Positions 44,615-54,881 of a stretch of 64,000 nt of DNA are shown piece by piece; position 1 is the first letter of the stretch, and every line of letters starts with the position of its first letter. A program made the position numbers and the translations under genes. The notes under the pieces are model-generated. The model searched no databases, was not told the DNA's origin, and saw nothing but the letters and a program-made list of their open reading frames with translations. Location: the NCBI GenBank assembly GCA_964355945.1, contig CAYHGE010000001.1:133486-197485 (forward strand), given 5' to 3'. The stretch comes from an uncultured Draconibacterium sp. (lineage in GTDB: Bacteria > Bacteroidota > Bacteroidia > Bacteroidales > FEN-979).

Positions 44615-45985
44615 ATGGAACACATCAGACAATACATCGACGAGCATAAAGACCGGTTTTTACAGGAACTTTTCGGATTGATCCGCATCCCTTCTGTGAG
44701 TTCGGTCCCGGAACATAAGGAGGACATGTTAAAAGCGGCGGAATACTGGCGGAAATCCCTCCGGGAGGCAGGTTGCGATCGTATTGAGATATTCCCTACC
44801 GATGGAAATCCTATTGTGTATGGCGAGAAGATCATTGATCCATCACTGCCGACCGTGCTGGTTTATGGTCATTATGACGTGATGCCCGTTGATCCTGTAG
44901 CACTTTGGAAATCAAACCCGTTTAAACCCGAAGTGCGTGACGGGAAAATTTATGCACGGGGCGCAGATGATGACAAAGGACAGTCATTTATGCATGCCAA
45001 GGCGTTTGAGTTGATGGTGCGCACCCAAACCCTCCCATGCAATGTTAAATTCATGATTGAGGGAGAAGAGGAGATCGGGTCGGCAAACATAGCACCCTTC
45101 TGCACAAAACATAAAGAGCTGCTGAAATCAGACATCATCCTGGTTTCCGATACAGGGATGATCGCCCTGAATACACCGTCGATCACGGTTGGTTTACGCG
45201 GACTTGCATACATGCAGGTTGAGGTTACCGGTCCCAACATCGATCTTCATTCGGGAATTTTTGGCGGAGCAGTTGCAAATCCGATTAATGCCCTCACCAA
45301 AATGATCGCCTCGCTTACAGATGACGAGGGCCGCATTACCATCCCGGGATTCTACGACGATGTGATTGAAATTACACGCGAAGAACGCACAGAGATGGCC
45401 AAAGCACCATTCGATGAAGCCAACTATATGAAGAGCCTTGGGGTGGAAGAGTTATATGGAGAGGCCGGTTTTACAACAAAAGAGAGAACAGGTATCCGGC
45501 CAACTCTCGATGTAAACGGAATCTGGGGTGGCTACACGGCTGAGGGTACCAAAACCGTTCTTCCTTCAAAAGCGTATGCGAAAATCTCCATGAGGCTCGT
45601 TCCAAACCAGGACTATGTTAAAATTGGAAAACTTTTTGAAGCATATTTTAAATCGTTGGCTCCCAAATATATCAAGGTGAAGGTAGATGCACTTCACGGA
45701 GGTCAGGCGTACGTTTCACCGATGGATACCATTGGCTATCTGGCTGCCAGCAAGGCGGTTGAAACAGTGCTCGGGAAAAGGCCCATTCCTGTGCGCAGTG
45801 GCGGAAGCATCCCTATCATCACACAGTTTGAAGAGATTCTTGGTGTGAAAACAATCCTGATGGGCTTTGGCCTTGAGTCAGATGCCATTCATTCGCCAAA
45901 CGAAAACTACCCGCTCGAAAATTTCTTCAAAGGCATTGAAACGATCCCTTATTTTTACAAGTATTTTGTGGAGATGTGGAAATAA
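44615..45985 (+). CDS. M20-family dipeptidase/deacylase
   Basis: Motifs are GHYDVMP, ARGADDDKG and MIEGEEEIGS. The length is 456 aa. Confidence 0.8.
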   Translation: MEHIRQYIDEHKDRFLQELFGLIRIPSVSSVPEHKEDMLKAAEYWRKSLREAGCDRIEIFPTDGNPIVYGEKIIDPSLPTVLVYGHYDVMPVDPVALWKSNPFKPEVRDGKIYARGADDDKGQSFMHAKAFELMVRTQTLPCNVKFMIEGEEEIGSANIAPFCTKHKELLKSDIILVSDTGMIALNTPSITVGLRGLAYMQVEVTGPNIDLHSGIFGGAVANPINALTKMIASLTDDEGRITIPGFYDDVIEITREERTEMAKAPFDEANYMKSLGVEELYGEAGFTTKERTGIRPTLDVNGIWGGYTAEGTKTVLPSKAYAKISMRLVPNQDYVKIGKLFEAYFKSLAPKYIKVKVDALHGGQAYVSPMDTIGYLAASKAVETVLGKRPIPVRSGGSIPIITQFEEILGVKTILMGFGLESDAIHSPNENYPLENFFKGIETIPYFYKYFVEMWK

Positions 45986-45987
45986 AT

Positions 45988-46041
45988 CAATGCAAGCAAT
46001 GCAAGCAATGCAGGCAATCCAGGCAATGCAAATAATGAAAG
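45988..46041. repeat. 9-bp tandem repeat, 6 units (CAATGCAAG and variants) between convergent genes
   Basis: The units read CAATGCAAG x2, CAATGCAGG, CAATCCAGG, CAATGCAAA and TAATGAAAG. Confidence 0.9.
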
Positions 46042-46048
46042 GGTTGGG

Positions 46049-47800
46049 TTAGTTTTTAATAAATTTTTCGGAGTGTGTTTTGGTGCCGCTGGTTCGTTGC
46101 AGAAGGTAGAGGCCTTTTGGCCATGCAGATATGTCAACCGCTTCAGGATTATTACCGGTGTAGTAACACTGTCCGGTTTCGTTGATGATCCTAACCATGT
46201 AATCGGCTGATGTGGTTGACGTTTCATGGATTGTTAAACGGTCGTGGCAAGGATTTGGCGATAAAAAGAAATCCCCATCCGCCTCATGATTTTTAATTCC
46301 CACGGTTGAATAGGTGAAAATAAATGGAGTGGCAAACGCCCCTGCCATAAACCCGTTATCAATCGCCTGAACACTGAAATAATAGGTCCCGTCCGGAATG
46401 CCTGTAAGGAGATAGCTCGTGTCGGTAGTTGCATTGCCCATGGAAGCGACCAGGCGGGAACCACCTGTTGACGCCAGCGGGGACAGGATGTCGGCATTGT
46501 CCGGCTGGCTGCCAATGCGGATGTTGTAGGAAAGTCCATGTTCAGGTGTGGTGCCATCGCTGGCGCTGCTCCAGTGCAATATGGCTTTGTCGCTTTGCAA
46601 GGTAACTGACAGGTTGCCCGGCGTGGTGGGAATTGTGTTGGTGCTGAACAAGGAGGTGTCTCCCAGGTTGTTGAGGTAGAGCGTGGTTTTCGGAACATCG
46701 AAGCCATCCGTTCCGGTAAGCAGGAGGTCACTGTATCCGTCGTTGTTATAGTCGCCCCAGCTTACAGACCCAAGGTCATAACCGGGCAACAGAGTACTGA
46801 TTGAGTTAAATACAAATGACCCGGTGTTTTTCAGGAGCAGGGTAGCAGGCGGACCGCCGCAGCCGGGGATCGTCCCGATGAGCGCTACGTCAACCAGGCC
46901 GTCGGCATTATAATCAGCCAGGTCGAAAAAGGGGTTCAGCAGGCTGGCTTCAGGAAATTCGAACTTTGTGAACTGGTCATCGCCTTCATTCCGGTAGAAA
47001 ATGAAATGGCCGTCAACATAAAGGTCAGTTCCGGCAATAACCAGGTCCTGGTCCCCATCGTTGTCAAGATCTGCCCATTTGGCCTGACCGCCGTATAGTC
47101 CGACAAATGGTTCAGGTGTGATCGTCACTTCTGTAAATACTCCCTGATCATTCTGATAGAGTTTGGAAATGATGCCACCACCGGTATTGCCTGCAATAAA
47201 TACATCTGACTGTCCGTCGTTGTTGTAATCGACCCAGCTGCAAACTGCTGCTTCCAGGTTGGGCAGACCCGCCTGAATACTGTCAAAATTACCGAAGCCA
47301 TCATTTTGGTAAATGCGAACCATGGAATTTCCTGCCAGGAGAACATCAAGGCTACCATCGTTGTTCACATCTCCGAACGTTGCCTGCCCGTCCACAACCC
47401 CGGGAAAAGGAACCCCGTAATACGCGAATGACCCGCCAACGTTGAGCATGACCCATGTATAGGGTACACCTGTCATGTCGATGCCGGTGGCCAGCAGGTC
47501 GAGGTCGCCATCCTGATCAATATCACCCCATTCCACGGAACCGTAATGAAGGTCAAAGCCTGTAACGGCTTCTGTGAATGTTCCGTTGTCGTTCCGGAGG
47601 ATTTTAGTTACAGGATAGTTTCCTTCTGCTCCCGTCAGGGCGAGATCCAGATCCCCGTCATGATCATAATCACCCCAGGCACTGGCACTGTACGCCAGCT
47701 GGGGCAGGACGATATTTGATGGTGAAAATGGAAGTTGCTGGGCGATAGATAAGAACCGGAATACCAGTAGAAAAAGGATAGAAACGATAAACGATTTCAT
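46049..47800 (-). CDS. FG-GAP/VCBS-repeat secreted protein with a T9SS sorting domain
   Basis: It has repeated D.D.DGD.D Ca-binding FG-GAP motifs. The C-terminus (FFLSPNPCHDRLTI...GLYLLQR) is T9SS-type. A signal peptide is present. Confidence 0.8.
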   Translation of the reverse strand: MKSFIVSILFLLVFRFLSIAQQLPFSPSNIVLPQLAYSASAWGDYDHDGDLDLALTGAEGNYPVTKILRNDNGTFTEAVTGFDLHYGSVEWGDIDQDGDLDLLATGIDMTGVPYTWVMLNVGGSFAYYGVPFPGVVDGQATFGDVNNDGSLDVLLAGNSMVRIYQNDGFGNFDSIQAGLPNLEAAVCSWVDYNNDGQSDVFIAGNTGGGIISKLYQNDQGVFTEVTITPEPFVGLYGGQAKWADLDNDGDQDLVIAGTDLYVDGHFIFYRNEGDDQFTKFEFPEASLLNPFFDLADYNADGLVDVALIGTIPGCGGPPATLLLKNTGSFVFNSISTLLPGYDLGSVSWGDYNNDGYSDLLLTGTDGFDVPKTTLYLNNLGDTSLFSTNTIPTTPGNLSVTLQSDKAILHWSSASDGTTPEHGLSYNIRIGSQPDNADILSPLASTGGSRLVASMGNATTDTSYLLTGIPDGTYYFSVQAIDNGFMAGAFATPFIFTYSTVGIKNHEADGDFFLSPNPCHDRLTIHETSTTSADYMVRIINETGQCYYTGNNPEAVDISAWPKGLYLLQRTSGTKTHSEKFIKN

Positions 47801-47805
47801 ACAAG

Positions 47806-49899
47806 TTATTTTTGTTGTTTGGCAAAAGCCGCGGTACCAGTATCCAGGAACTTTATAAATTTATCAATGTCAAGATCATAGGCGGTTGGAGAGGTGAGCA
47901 GGTTGCCGTTTGTGTCAAGCAATACATAATATGGTTGTGAATTGACGTTGAACCGGGTAATTTGCAGATCAGCAAATATTTTCCCGATTGTTTTCTTCAC
48001 TTTTTTGTCATACGCAGAGGTGATCCATTCATTTTGAGGTAATTCCGTTTTGTCATCTACGTAAAGTGCGGTCACAATATAGTTTTCCCTCATCCGTTTC
48101 AGCACGTTTGGATCAGACCACACATTGGCCTCCATTTCACGGCAGTTTACGCATCCATGACCTGTAAAATCAATAAAGATGGGTTTGTTTTGTTTTTTAG
48201 CACAGGCCAGTGCCTGTTTGTAATCGAAATATCCGTCCAGACCGTGTGGTAGTTTCAGGAAATCAGCATATTTTGGTTTTTCGCATCCGGTTGTCGCTGG
48301 TTGCGAACCTCCACCGGTAGCATTGATAGACCCGACCTCCTTCTGAACAATGGTATTGATGTCAAAATCCTGGTATGTGGCCGGAGGCAAGTATCCCGAA
48401 AGCGCCTTCAGCGGGGCTCCCCACATTCCCGGAACCATATAAACCACAAAACTGAAAACAATGATGGCCATGATGATCCTGGGTACGCTGACATAAGGCA
48501 TGTCCGAGTCATGGTTGAATTTTAATTTTCCGATCAGGTACATCCCCATAAGGAAAAAGATGACAATCCAGAATGCAAGGTAAACTTCCCTGTCGAGAAT
48601 GTGCCAGTGATAAGTCTGATCGGCGATACTCAGAAACTTCAGTCCAAGTGCCAGTTCCAGGAATCCGAGAATGACCTTCACTGAATTCAGCCAGCCTCCC
48701 GACTTCGGCAGGCCGTGGAGCCATGAAGGGAAGAAGGCGAATAGTCCGAAAGGCAATGCAAAGGCAAGGGAAAAGCCAAGCATCCCGATAATCGGCAACA
48801 CAAGTGCACCGCCGGCCGATTTAACCAGGATTGCACCCACGATCGGGCCGGTACATGAAAATGAAACCAGTACGAGGGTGAAGGCCATGAAAAACGCACC
48901 TGAATAACCCCCTTTGTCGGCTTGCTTGTCGGCTTTATTTACAATCCAGCTGGGCAGTGTAATCTCAAACATGCCAAGAAATGATGCAGCAAACACCATG
49001 AAAATCAGAAAGAAAAATACATTCGGAATCCAGTGTGTGCTGAGGAAATTGGCAAAATTAGCCCCCAGTGTCACTGCCACCAGTGTTCCGATAACCGTAT
49101 AAATAAAAACAATCGACAATCCGTAAACAATCGCTTCAAGCCTTGCCTTACGTTTGCTGGTGGTATCGTGCATGAAAAAGGTCACCGTCATCGGGATCAT
49201 CGGGAATACACAGGGTGTAATGATTGCGGCCAGACCGGCAACAAAAGAAAGGAGGAAAAACCAAAGGAGCGACTGGTCGGCAGCCTTGTCGGCATCTGTT
49301 TTTCCAAGATTCGCCTGCTCAATTTTTTTGGCTCCGGAATCGGCTTTGGCAATTGCCGCGGCTGCATTTTTTAAAGAATCCTCCCGGATGGTAGTCGGAT
49401 TAACAGGTTCAGTTGCTGCAGCGACCGGGACAACCGCATTGGGATTGCCCTTTACATTAAATTCAAATTCCACGTCATTTGGGGGGATACATTGCTTGTC
49501 GTCGCAACCCATAAAGTTTAAAACACCCTTTACGACAAAGTTTTTCTGGTTTAAAACTTTAATTTTTTGCTTAAAAACCGCTTTATCGGCAAAAAATTTA
49601 AGAACCATGTTGAATTGGGCGTCATTATCCAGGATTGGCTTCTGCTCCAGAACTTTACCATCCAACTGATAGCTCTGGCTTTTAGTAAATGTGAAGGTGG
49701 TCGGAATAGGGCCTTTGGGTGGAATATCCTGGGAATAAAGATGCCACTCCTTGTCGATTTTTGCAATCATCAGCAGTGTTGCTTCCTCTGGCTTCGTCTG
49801 CTCAACTTTAAATGTCCAGGTTATTGGTTCAAGGATCTGAGAGAAAGAAATTACAGGGAAAATCACCAGTAAGAAGAGGCTGTTCAGAATCTTTTTCAT
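47806..49899 (-). CDS. dsbD: DsbD-family thiol:disulfide interchange protein
   Basis: It has a central cytochrome-c-biogenesis TM domain (ITPCVFPMIP) and a C-terminal thioredoxin fold with CVNC. The ORF-track start is a GTG; I prefer the ATG at 49899 (MKKILNSL). Confidence 0.8.
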   Translation of the reverse strand: MKKILNSLFLLVIFPVISFSQILEPITWTFKVEQTKPEEATLLMIAKIDKEWHLYSQDIPPKGPIPTTFTFTKSQSYQLDGKVLEQKPILDNDAQFNMVLKFFADKAVFKQKIKVLNQKNFVVKGVLNFMGCDDKQCIPPNDVEFEFNVKGNPNAVVPVAAATEPVNPTTIREDSLKNAAAAIAKADSGAKKIEQANLGKTDADKAADQSLLWFFLLSFVAGLAAIITPCVFPMIPMTVTFFMHDTTSKRKARLEAIVYGLSIVFIYTVIGTLVAVTLGANFANFLSTHWIPNVFFFLIFMVFAASFLGMFEITLPSWIVNKADKQADKGGYSGAFFMAFTLVLVSFSCTGPIVGAILVKSAGGALVLPIIGMLGFSLAFALPFGLFAFFPSWLHGLPKSGGWLNSVKVILGFLELALGLKFLSIADQTYHWHILDREVYLAFWIVIFFLMGMYLIGKLKFNHDSDMPYVSVPRIIMAIIVFSFVVYMVPGMWGAPLKALSGYLPPATYQDFDINTIVQKEVGSINATGGGSQPATTGCEKPKYADFLKLPHGLDGYFDYKQALACAKKQNKPIFIDFTGHGCVNCREMEANVWSDPNVLKRMRENYIVTALYVDDKTELPQNEWITSAYDKKVKKTIGKIFADLQITRFNVNSQPYYVLLDTNGNLLTSPTAYDLDIDKFIKFLDTGTAAFAKQQK

Positions 49900-50023
49900 C
49901 TGCACGAGATTTGGAATTGCAAAATTAGAGAAAATTGTGGCACCACCCTAACATCCTTGAAAAAACGTCATGCGGGTGGACAAACGTTTTTGATGATGTA
50001 CCTTTAATAACGAATGAAAAGCT

Positions 50024-50031
50024 TAATTTTG
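50024..50031 (+). promoter_or_regulatory. Candidate -7 box TAATTTTG
   Basis: It matches TAnnTTTG and lies 21 nt upstream of the ATG at 50052. Confidence 0.45.
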
Positions 50032-50051
50032 CGCCAAATTAATCAACAAAC

Positions 50052-52109
50052 ATGAACATTCAATACATTGGTGAACATCTTTTCCCCGGGGAAATGGGGA
50101 GGTTCTTTGTCTGGCTTGGTTTTGGAACAGCAATTCTGGCTACACTATGCTATCTGCTTGCTTTTTACCATAAAGATCACCGCAAAATATGGCATGTTGC
50201 CGCCCGTGGATTATATATGGTACATGCATTTTCGATCGTGGCGGTTGCAGCGGTTCTCTATTATCTTATTTTCAACCATTATTTTGAGTATTCGTATGTC
50301 TGGCAATACTCTTCCAAAGAATTGCCAATGAAGTATATTGTCTCCTGTTTCTGGGCCGGGCAGGAGGGAAGTTTCCTGGTTTGGGCACTCTGGCAGGCTC
50401 TGATCGGGCTGGTTTTACTGTGGATCTCGCGTAAGTGGGAATCGGCAGTGATGATCATTTTCTCGCTTTCTCAGGTGTTTGTTACTTCCATGTTGCTGGG
50501 GGTGACTTTTTTGGGAGTTAAAATTGGGGCCAGTCCTTTTGATCTTTTGAGAAGTACTGTGGAGACTGTTGAAGGAACTGTTTTTGCCATGCCCAACTAT
50601 CTCAGCCAGCTAACTGATGGCAATGGACTGAACCCGTTGCTGGAAAATATCTGGATGACCATCCATCCTCCGATTCTGTTCCTCGGCTATGCACTGGCCT
50701 TAGTTCCCTTCAGCTACGCCATAGCATCATTCATGAAGCGGGATTACCACACCTGGATCAGCCGGGCACTGCCCTGGACCCTGTTTGCCTTGCTGATGCT
50801 CGGAGCCGGAATACTCCTCGGCGGTGCCTGGGCGTATGTTTCGCTCACATTCGGCGGTTTCTGGTCATGGGACCCTGTTGAAAATTCATCACTTGTTCCC
50901 TGGATGACCCTCGTTGCCGGACTACATTTTATGCTGATCGCCCGGAGACAGAATTTTGCACTCCTCGCGGCCTATATTTTAATGACCTTGTCGTATGTGC
51001 TGGTATTGTACGCAAGTTTCCTGACCCGTAGCGGGGTGTTGGCCGATACCTCGGCACACTCTTTCGGTGACAACGGCATGACCCTTCAGCTGCTGGTTTA
51101 CCTTCTCGTTTTCTTTGTCATCATGCTTGTTACCATCGTCATTAATTTTCGCAAGTTCCATTCAGCCAAAGAGGATATCATACTTTCACGTGAATTCTGG
51201 ATGTTCATCGGCGCCATCATCCTGGTTCTGGCTGCCTTCCAAATCATCTTCACAACCTCCATCCCGGTATTCAACACGCTGTTTCATACCGACATTGCTC
51301 CTCCGGTTGATCGGGTCGGATTTTACAATCGCTGGCAGTTGCCTTATGCCCTGCTGATTGCCGGTTTTATCGCCTTCAGCCAGTTTTTAACTTATAGCAC
51401 CAATGACCCTGGACAATTTCTGAAGAAATTACTTTATCCGCTGGTTACAGCCATTGCGATAACTATCCCGATGGTTGTTACCGGAATGGTGACACAATTG
51501 AATCACATCCTGGTGATCGTTTTTACCTTGTTTGCTTTGCTGTCATCTATTTACAACATGATTTTCCAGATTACAAAACCCCGGAACATCGGAGCAATTA
51601 TCACACATATCGGGTTTGTGATATTCGTAATAGGTTGTGTGCTCACCTTCTCCAACTCAAAAGTCATTTCGACGAATACTTCTAAATTCGACCTGGGAGA
51701 TCAGCAGGCCAATGCGGAAAATCTGGTGCTGATGCGGAGCGACACGCTGTATATGAACGGTTTTTACGTCTCTTATGTCAACAGCAAGCCTGAAGGGAAT
51801 ACAACAGTTTATCGGGTTGATTTTCTGACGAAGCAGAACAAAACATACAAACTTGAATTCTCCCTGAATCCCTCTGTCAATGTTCATCCGAGAATGGGCG
51901 CTGTTTACAATCCCGATACCCGCCACTTTTTAGGACGTGATTACTATACCTACATTGCCACTGTGTCGAAGGAGCCTGATTATATCGTGATCAAAGCCAT
52001 CATGAACCCGTATATCAACATCTTGTGGATTGGATCGGTGCTTATCACCGTTGGATTTGCCATCGCATTTGTCAGAAGAGCACGAAAAAGATGGCTGGGA
52101 AACTCCTGA
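50052..52109 (+). CDS. Haem-handling cytochrome c assembly protein (CcmF/NrfE/CcsA family)
   Basis: It is a 685-aa polytopic protein with the W-rich haem-handling motif GGFWSWDPVENSSLVPW. Confidence 0.75.
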   Translation: MNIQYIGEHLFPGEMGRFFVWLGFGTAILATLCYLLAFYHKDHRKIWHVAARGLYMVHAFSIVAVAAVLYYLIFNHYFEYSYVWQYSSKELPMKYIVSCFWAGQEGSFLVWALWQALIGLVLLWISRKWESAVMIIFSLSQVFVTSMLLGVTFLGVKIGASPFDLLRSTVETVEGTVFAMPNYLSQLTDGNGLNPLLENIWMTIHPPILFLGYALALVPFSYAIASFMKRDYHTWISRALPWTLFALLMLGAGILLGGAWAYVSLTFGGFWSWDPVENSSLVPWMTLVAGLHFMLIARRQNFALLAAYILMTLSYVLVLYASFLTRSGVLADTSAHSFGDNGMTLQLLVYLLVFFVIMLVTIVINFRKFHSAKEDIILSREFWMFIGAIILVLAAFQIIFTTSIPVFNTLFHTDIAPPVDRVGFYNRWQLPYALLIAGFIAFSQFLTYSTNDPGQFLKKLLYPLVTAIAITIPMVVTGMVTQLNHILVIVFTLFALLSSIYNMIFQITKPRNIGAIITHIGFVIFVIGCVLTFSNSKVISTNTSKFDLGDQQANAENLVLMRSDTLYMNGFYVSYVNSKPEGNTTVYRVDFLTKQNKTYKLEFSLNPSVNVHPRMGAVYNPDTRHFLGRDYYTYIATVSKEPDYIVIKAIMNPYINILWIGSVLITVGFAIAFVRRARKRWLGNS

Positions 52110-52119
52110 AGCGACAGGT

Positions 52120-52788
52120 TTATGTCTCCTTTGCTTTATCCTCAAGCATAGGAACAAACCTGAATGCCCCATACTCTTTTTTCGTGTAGGTGTTGTCTGA
52201 ATTTTTGGTGATGGTTGTCATGGTTTGTACATCATTGGCTCCAACCGGAATCACCAGGATGCCTCCCGGTTTAAGTTGTTCAAGAAGGGCCTCCGGCACA
52301 TAAGGGGCCGCTGCGGTTACAATCATTTTGTCAAATGGGGCAAAAGCAGGGAGGCCTTTGTAACCATCTCCGAAGAAAGTTTTAATGGTCGGGTACCCCA
52401 CAACATGCAAAAATTTACTCGTTTTGTCGAACAGCGTTTTCTGACGCTCGATGGAGAAGACTTTGGCTCCCAGTTCGGCCAGGATGCAAGCCTGATAGCC
52501 TGAACCAGTTCCTATTTCCAGCACTTTGTCATTTTTTTTTATCTGCAGCAGCTCAGATTGAAATGCTACCGTAAAAGGTTGGGAAATGGTTTGACCTGCT
52601 CCGATCGGGAAAGGCTTGTCTTCATAAGCATATTCCAGGAATGAAGAGTCGAAGAAGAAATGGCGCGGCACTTTTTCCAGGGCATTCAATACCTGCTGAT
52701 CGGCAATTCCTTTTTGCCTGATATGTTGTACCAGTAACTTCCTCAGTCCCTGATGTCGATAGGAGTCAACTGGTTTTGCGATCGTCAT
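52120..52788 (-). CDS. pcm: Protein-L-isoaspartate O-methyltransferase
   Basis: Motifs are GAGQTISQP and VLEIGTGSGYQA. The length is 222 aa. Confidence 0.9.
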   Translation of the reverse strand: MTIAKPVDSYRHQGLRKLLVQHIRQKGIADQQVLNALEKVPRHFFFDSSFLEYAYEDKPFPIGAGQTISQPFTVAFQSELLQIKKNDKVLEIGTGSGYQACILAELGAKVFSIERQKTLFDKTSKFLHVVGYPTIKTFFGDGYKGLPAFAPFDKMIVTAAAPYVPEALLEQLKPGGILVIPVGANDVQTMTTITKNSDNTYTKKEYGAFRFVPMLEDKAKET

Positions 52789-52844
52789 GCGTTTTGGTCG
52801 TTAAATTTTTCACGAAAATACTAAATTCAGACAGGGTAAAAACT

Positions 52845-52852
52845 TACCTTTG
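52845..52852 (+). promoter_or_regulatory. Candidate -7 box TACCTTTG
   Basis: It matches TAnnTTTG and lies 15 nt upstream of the ATG at 52867. Confidence 0.5.
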
Positions 52853-52866
52853 TAAAAAAAAATAAA

Positions 52867-53853
52867 ATGCTGAAAATTGGAGTGCTGGGAGCCGGCCATC
52901 TTGGTAAGATTCACTTAAAGTGTATCAAGGAAATTCCTGAATTTGACCTGATTGGGTTTTATGATCCTGATGAAGCCAATGCTGCCAAGATTGAGCAGGA
53001 ATTCGGGATTAAGAAATGGGGATCCCTGGATGATCTGATTGATGCGGTTGACGTGGTGGATATTGTAACCCCCACCATCTCGCATTTTGAATGTGCAGCC
53101 AAAGCACTGAAGAAGTGCCGCCATGTTTTTATTGAGAAACCAATTGTTACTACCCTGGAGGAAGCCCGTGAACTCATCAAGATCGCCCGCGAAGCCAATG
53201 TGAAAGTTCAGGTAGGCCACGTTGAACGGTTTAACCCTGCCTTTCTTGCTGCCGAGGCAACCTTCGACCGGCCGATGTTTATTGAAAGTCACCGCCTTGC
53301 CCAGTTCAATCCGCGCGGTACTGATGTTCCGGTCATCCTCGACCTGATGATTCACGACATCGACATTGTGTTAAGCGTTGTAAAGAGCAATATTAAGAAG
53401 ATCAGTGCCAGCGGAGTGGCTGTTGTTAGTGATACACCTGATATTGCGAATGCGAGGATCGAATTTGACAACGGATGCGTCGCAAATCTGACAGCGAGCA
53501 GAATCTCATTAAAAAATATGCGCAAATCCAGGTTTTTTCAGCGCGATGCCTACATTTCCATCGATTTTTTGAAGAAGGAGCTGGAAGTGGTTAAAATCAA
53601 TGATGTGAACAACGACTCTCCTCCCATGGGATTTTTGCTCGAACTGGGACCCGGCCGGGGAACAAAGCAGATCGTGTTCGATAAACCCGAAATAAAGCCT
53701 TTAAACGCGATCAAGGCAGAACTTGAGAGTTTTAATGCAGCCATCACCAACAATACCATTCCGATGGTGACCATCAATGACGGATACAGTGCCCTTGAAG
53801 TTGCCTATAAAATCATTGAGAAAATCAATCTGAACGCCGCGAACATGGCATAA
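52867..53853 (+). CDS. Gfo/Idh/MocA family oxidoreductase
   Basis: The N-terminal Rossmann segment is MLKIGVLGAGHLGKIH, and the EKP motif (FIEKP) is present. The length is 328 aa. Confidence 0.8.
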   Translation: MLKIGVLGAGHLGKIHLKCIKEIPEFDLIGFYDPDEANAAKIEQEFGIKKWGSLDDLIDAVDVVDIVTPTISHFECAAKALKKCRHVFIEKPIVTTLEEARELIKIAREANVKVQVGHVERFNPAFLAAEATFDRPMFIESHRLAQFNPRGTDVPVILDLMIHDIDIVLSVVKSNIKKISASGVAVVSDTPDIANARIEFDNGCVANLTASRISLKNMRKSRFFQRDAYISIDFLKKELEVVKINDVNNDSPPMGFLLELGPGRGTKQIVFDKPEIKPLNAIKAELESFNAAITNNTIPMVTINDGYSALEVAYKIIEKINLNAANMA

Positions 53854-53877
53854 TCTGAGATATCTGCAACTGTTCAT

Positions 53878-53885
53878 TACTTTTG
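53878..53885 (+). promoter_or_regulatory. Candidate -7 box TACTTTTG
   Basis: It matches TAnnTTTG. It lies only 8 nt before the ATG at 53893, which argues that the ATG at 53962 is the real start. Confidence 0.4.
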
Positions 53886-53961
53886 TTCAAATATGAACAA
53901 TATCGGCAAAAACCGACCGTTATTCTTTACAGGAATCACTGATTTCACCCACTATGACGAT

Positions 53962-54849
53962 ATGATTTACAGGAAACATTTTGGTTATTTCTGCGTTTTA
54001 TGTCTCCTGTTGATAACAGTTTCTTCCTGTGAAAAATACACGGGCGATCAAACAATTCCGGCTTATCTGAGCATTGACTCGATCTATATCACCACCAATT
54101 TTAATTCTGAAGGCACTGCATCCCAACGTATTACAGATGCATGGGTGTATGTGGATGATGATTTTCTGGGAGCTTTTGAACTTCCTGCATTGCTGCCGGT
54201 TTTGAAAACAGGGGAACATCAGGTAAAGGTATATCCCGGAATCAAGAAAAATGGCATAGCATCGACACGGACTACCTACGAGTTCTACAATCCGATTACA
54301 AGGGAGATTGTTTTTGCTGAAGACAGTACGACAAGGGCAGGTGCTATGAAGACAACCTATCAGTCAAAGACACTGTTTGTATGGAAGGAAGATTTCGAGG
54401 ACGCTGTAAATGTCACGCTCGATACAACAAGCGGCAGCATTGCAGATCTGCAGGATACGCTTACAGGTTCACCTCCTCCTTTTGAGGGAGTCCGCTCGGG
54501 AATGGTCATCCTGGATGAAAAGCATGATTATTTTGAATGTCAGACCCGGGCTGAATATCCAATACCATATTCTCCGGTATTCCTGGAGATGAATTTTAAT
54601 ACATCGAATTCCATCGTGGTTGGAGTTTTCAGCTATGGGAATACCATTCTTTATCAAACTCCGATTATTACACTGAACCCTACAAAAGGTCAATGGAAAA
54701 AAATATACATCGACCTGACCACAACCCTGAATGCCTATCAGGGAATGACCCATTACCGCGTATATCTCAGGGCAATGAAAGAATCCGGGTTAACACAATC
54801 AACGATTCTCCTCGATAATTTTAAAATTGTATCAAGGCAGGCGAAGTGA
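53962..54849 (+). CDS. Hypothetical lipoprotein
   Basis: The signal peptide with lipobox is MIYRKHFGYFCVLCLLLITVSSC. An alternative upstream ATG at 53893 would add 23 non-signal residues. I recognise no family. Confidence 0.55.
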   Translation: MIYRKHFGYFCVLCLLLITVSSCEKYTGDQTIPAYLSIDSIYITTNFNSEGTASQRITDAWVYVDDDFLGAFELPALLPVLKTGEHQVKVYPGIKKNGIASTRTTYEFYNPITREIVFAEDSTTRAGAMKTTYQSKTLFVWKEDFEDAVNVTLDTTSGSIADLQDTLTGSPPPFEGVRSGMVILDEKHDYFECQTRAEYPIPYSPVFLEMNFNTSNSIVVGVFSYGNTILYQTPIITLNPTKGQWKKIYIDLTTTLNAYQGMTHYRVYLRAMKESGLTQSTILLDNFKIVSRQAK

Positions 54850-54881
54850 AAGATGGCCAAAGAACTCAGAATTACTGAATT

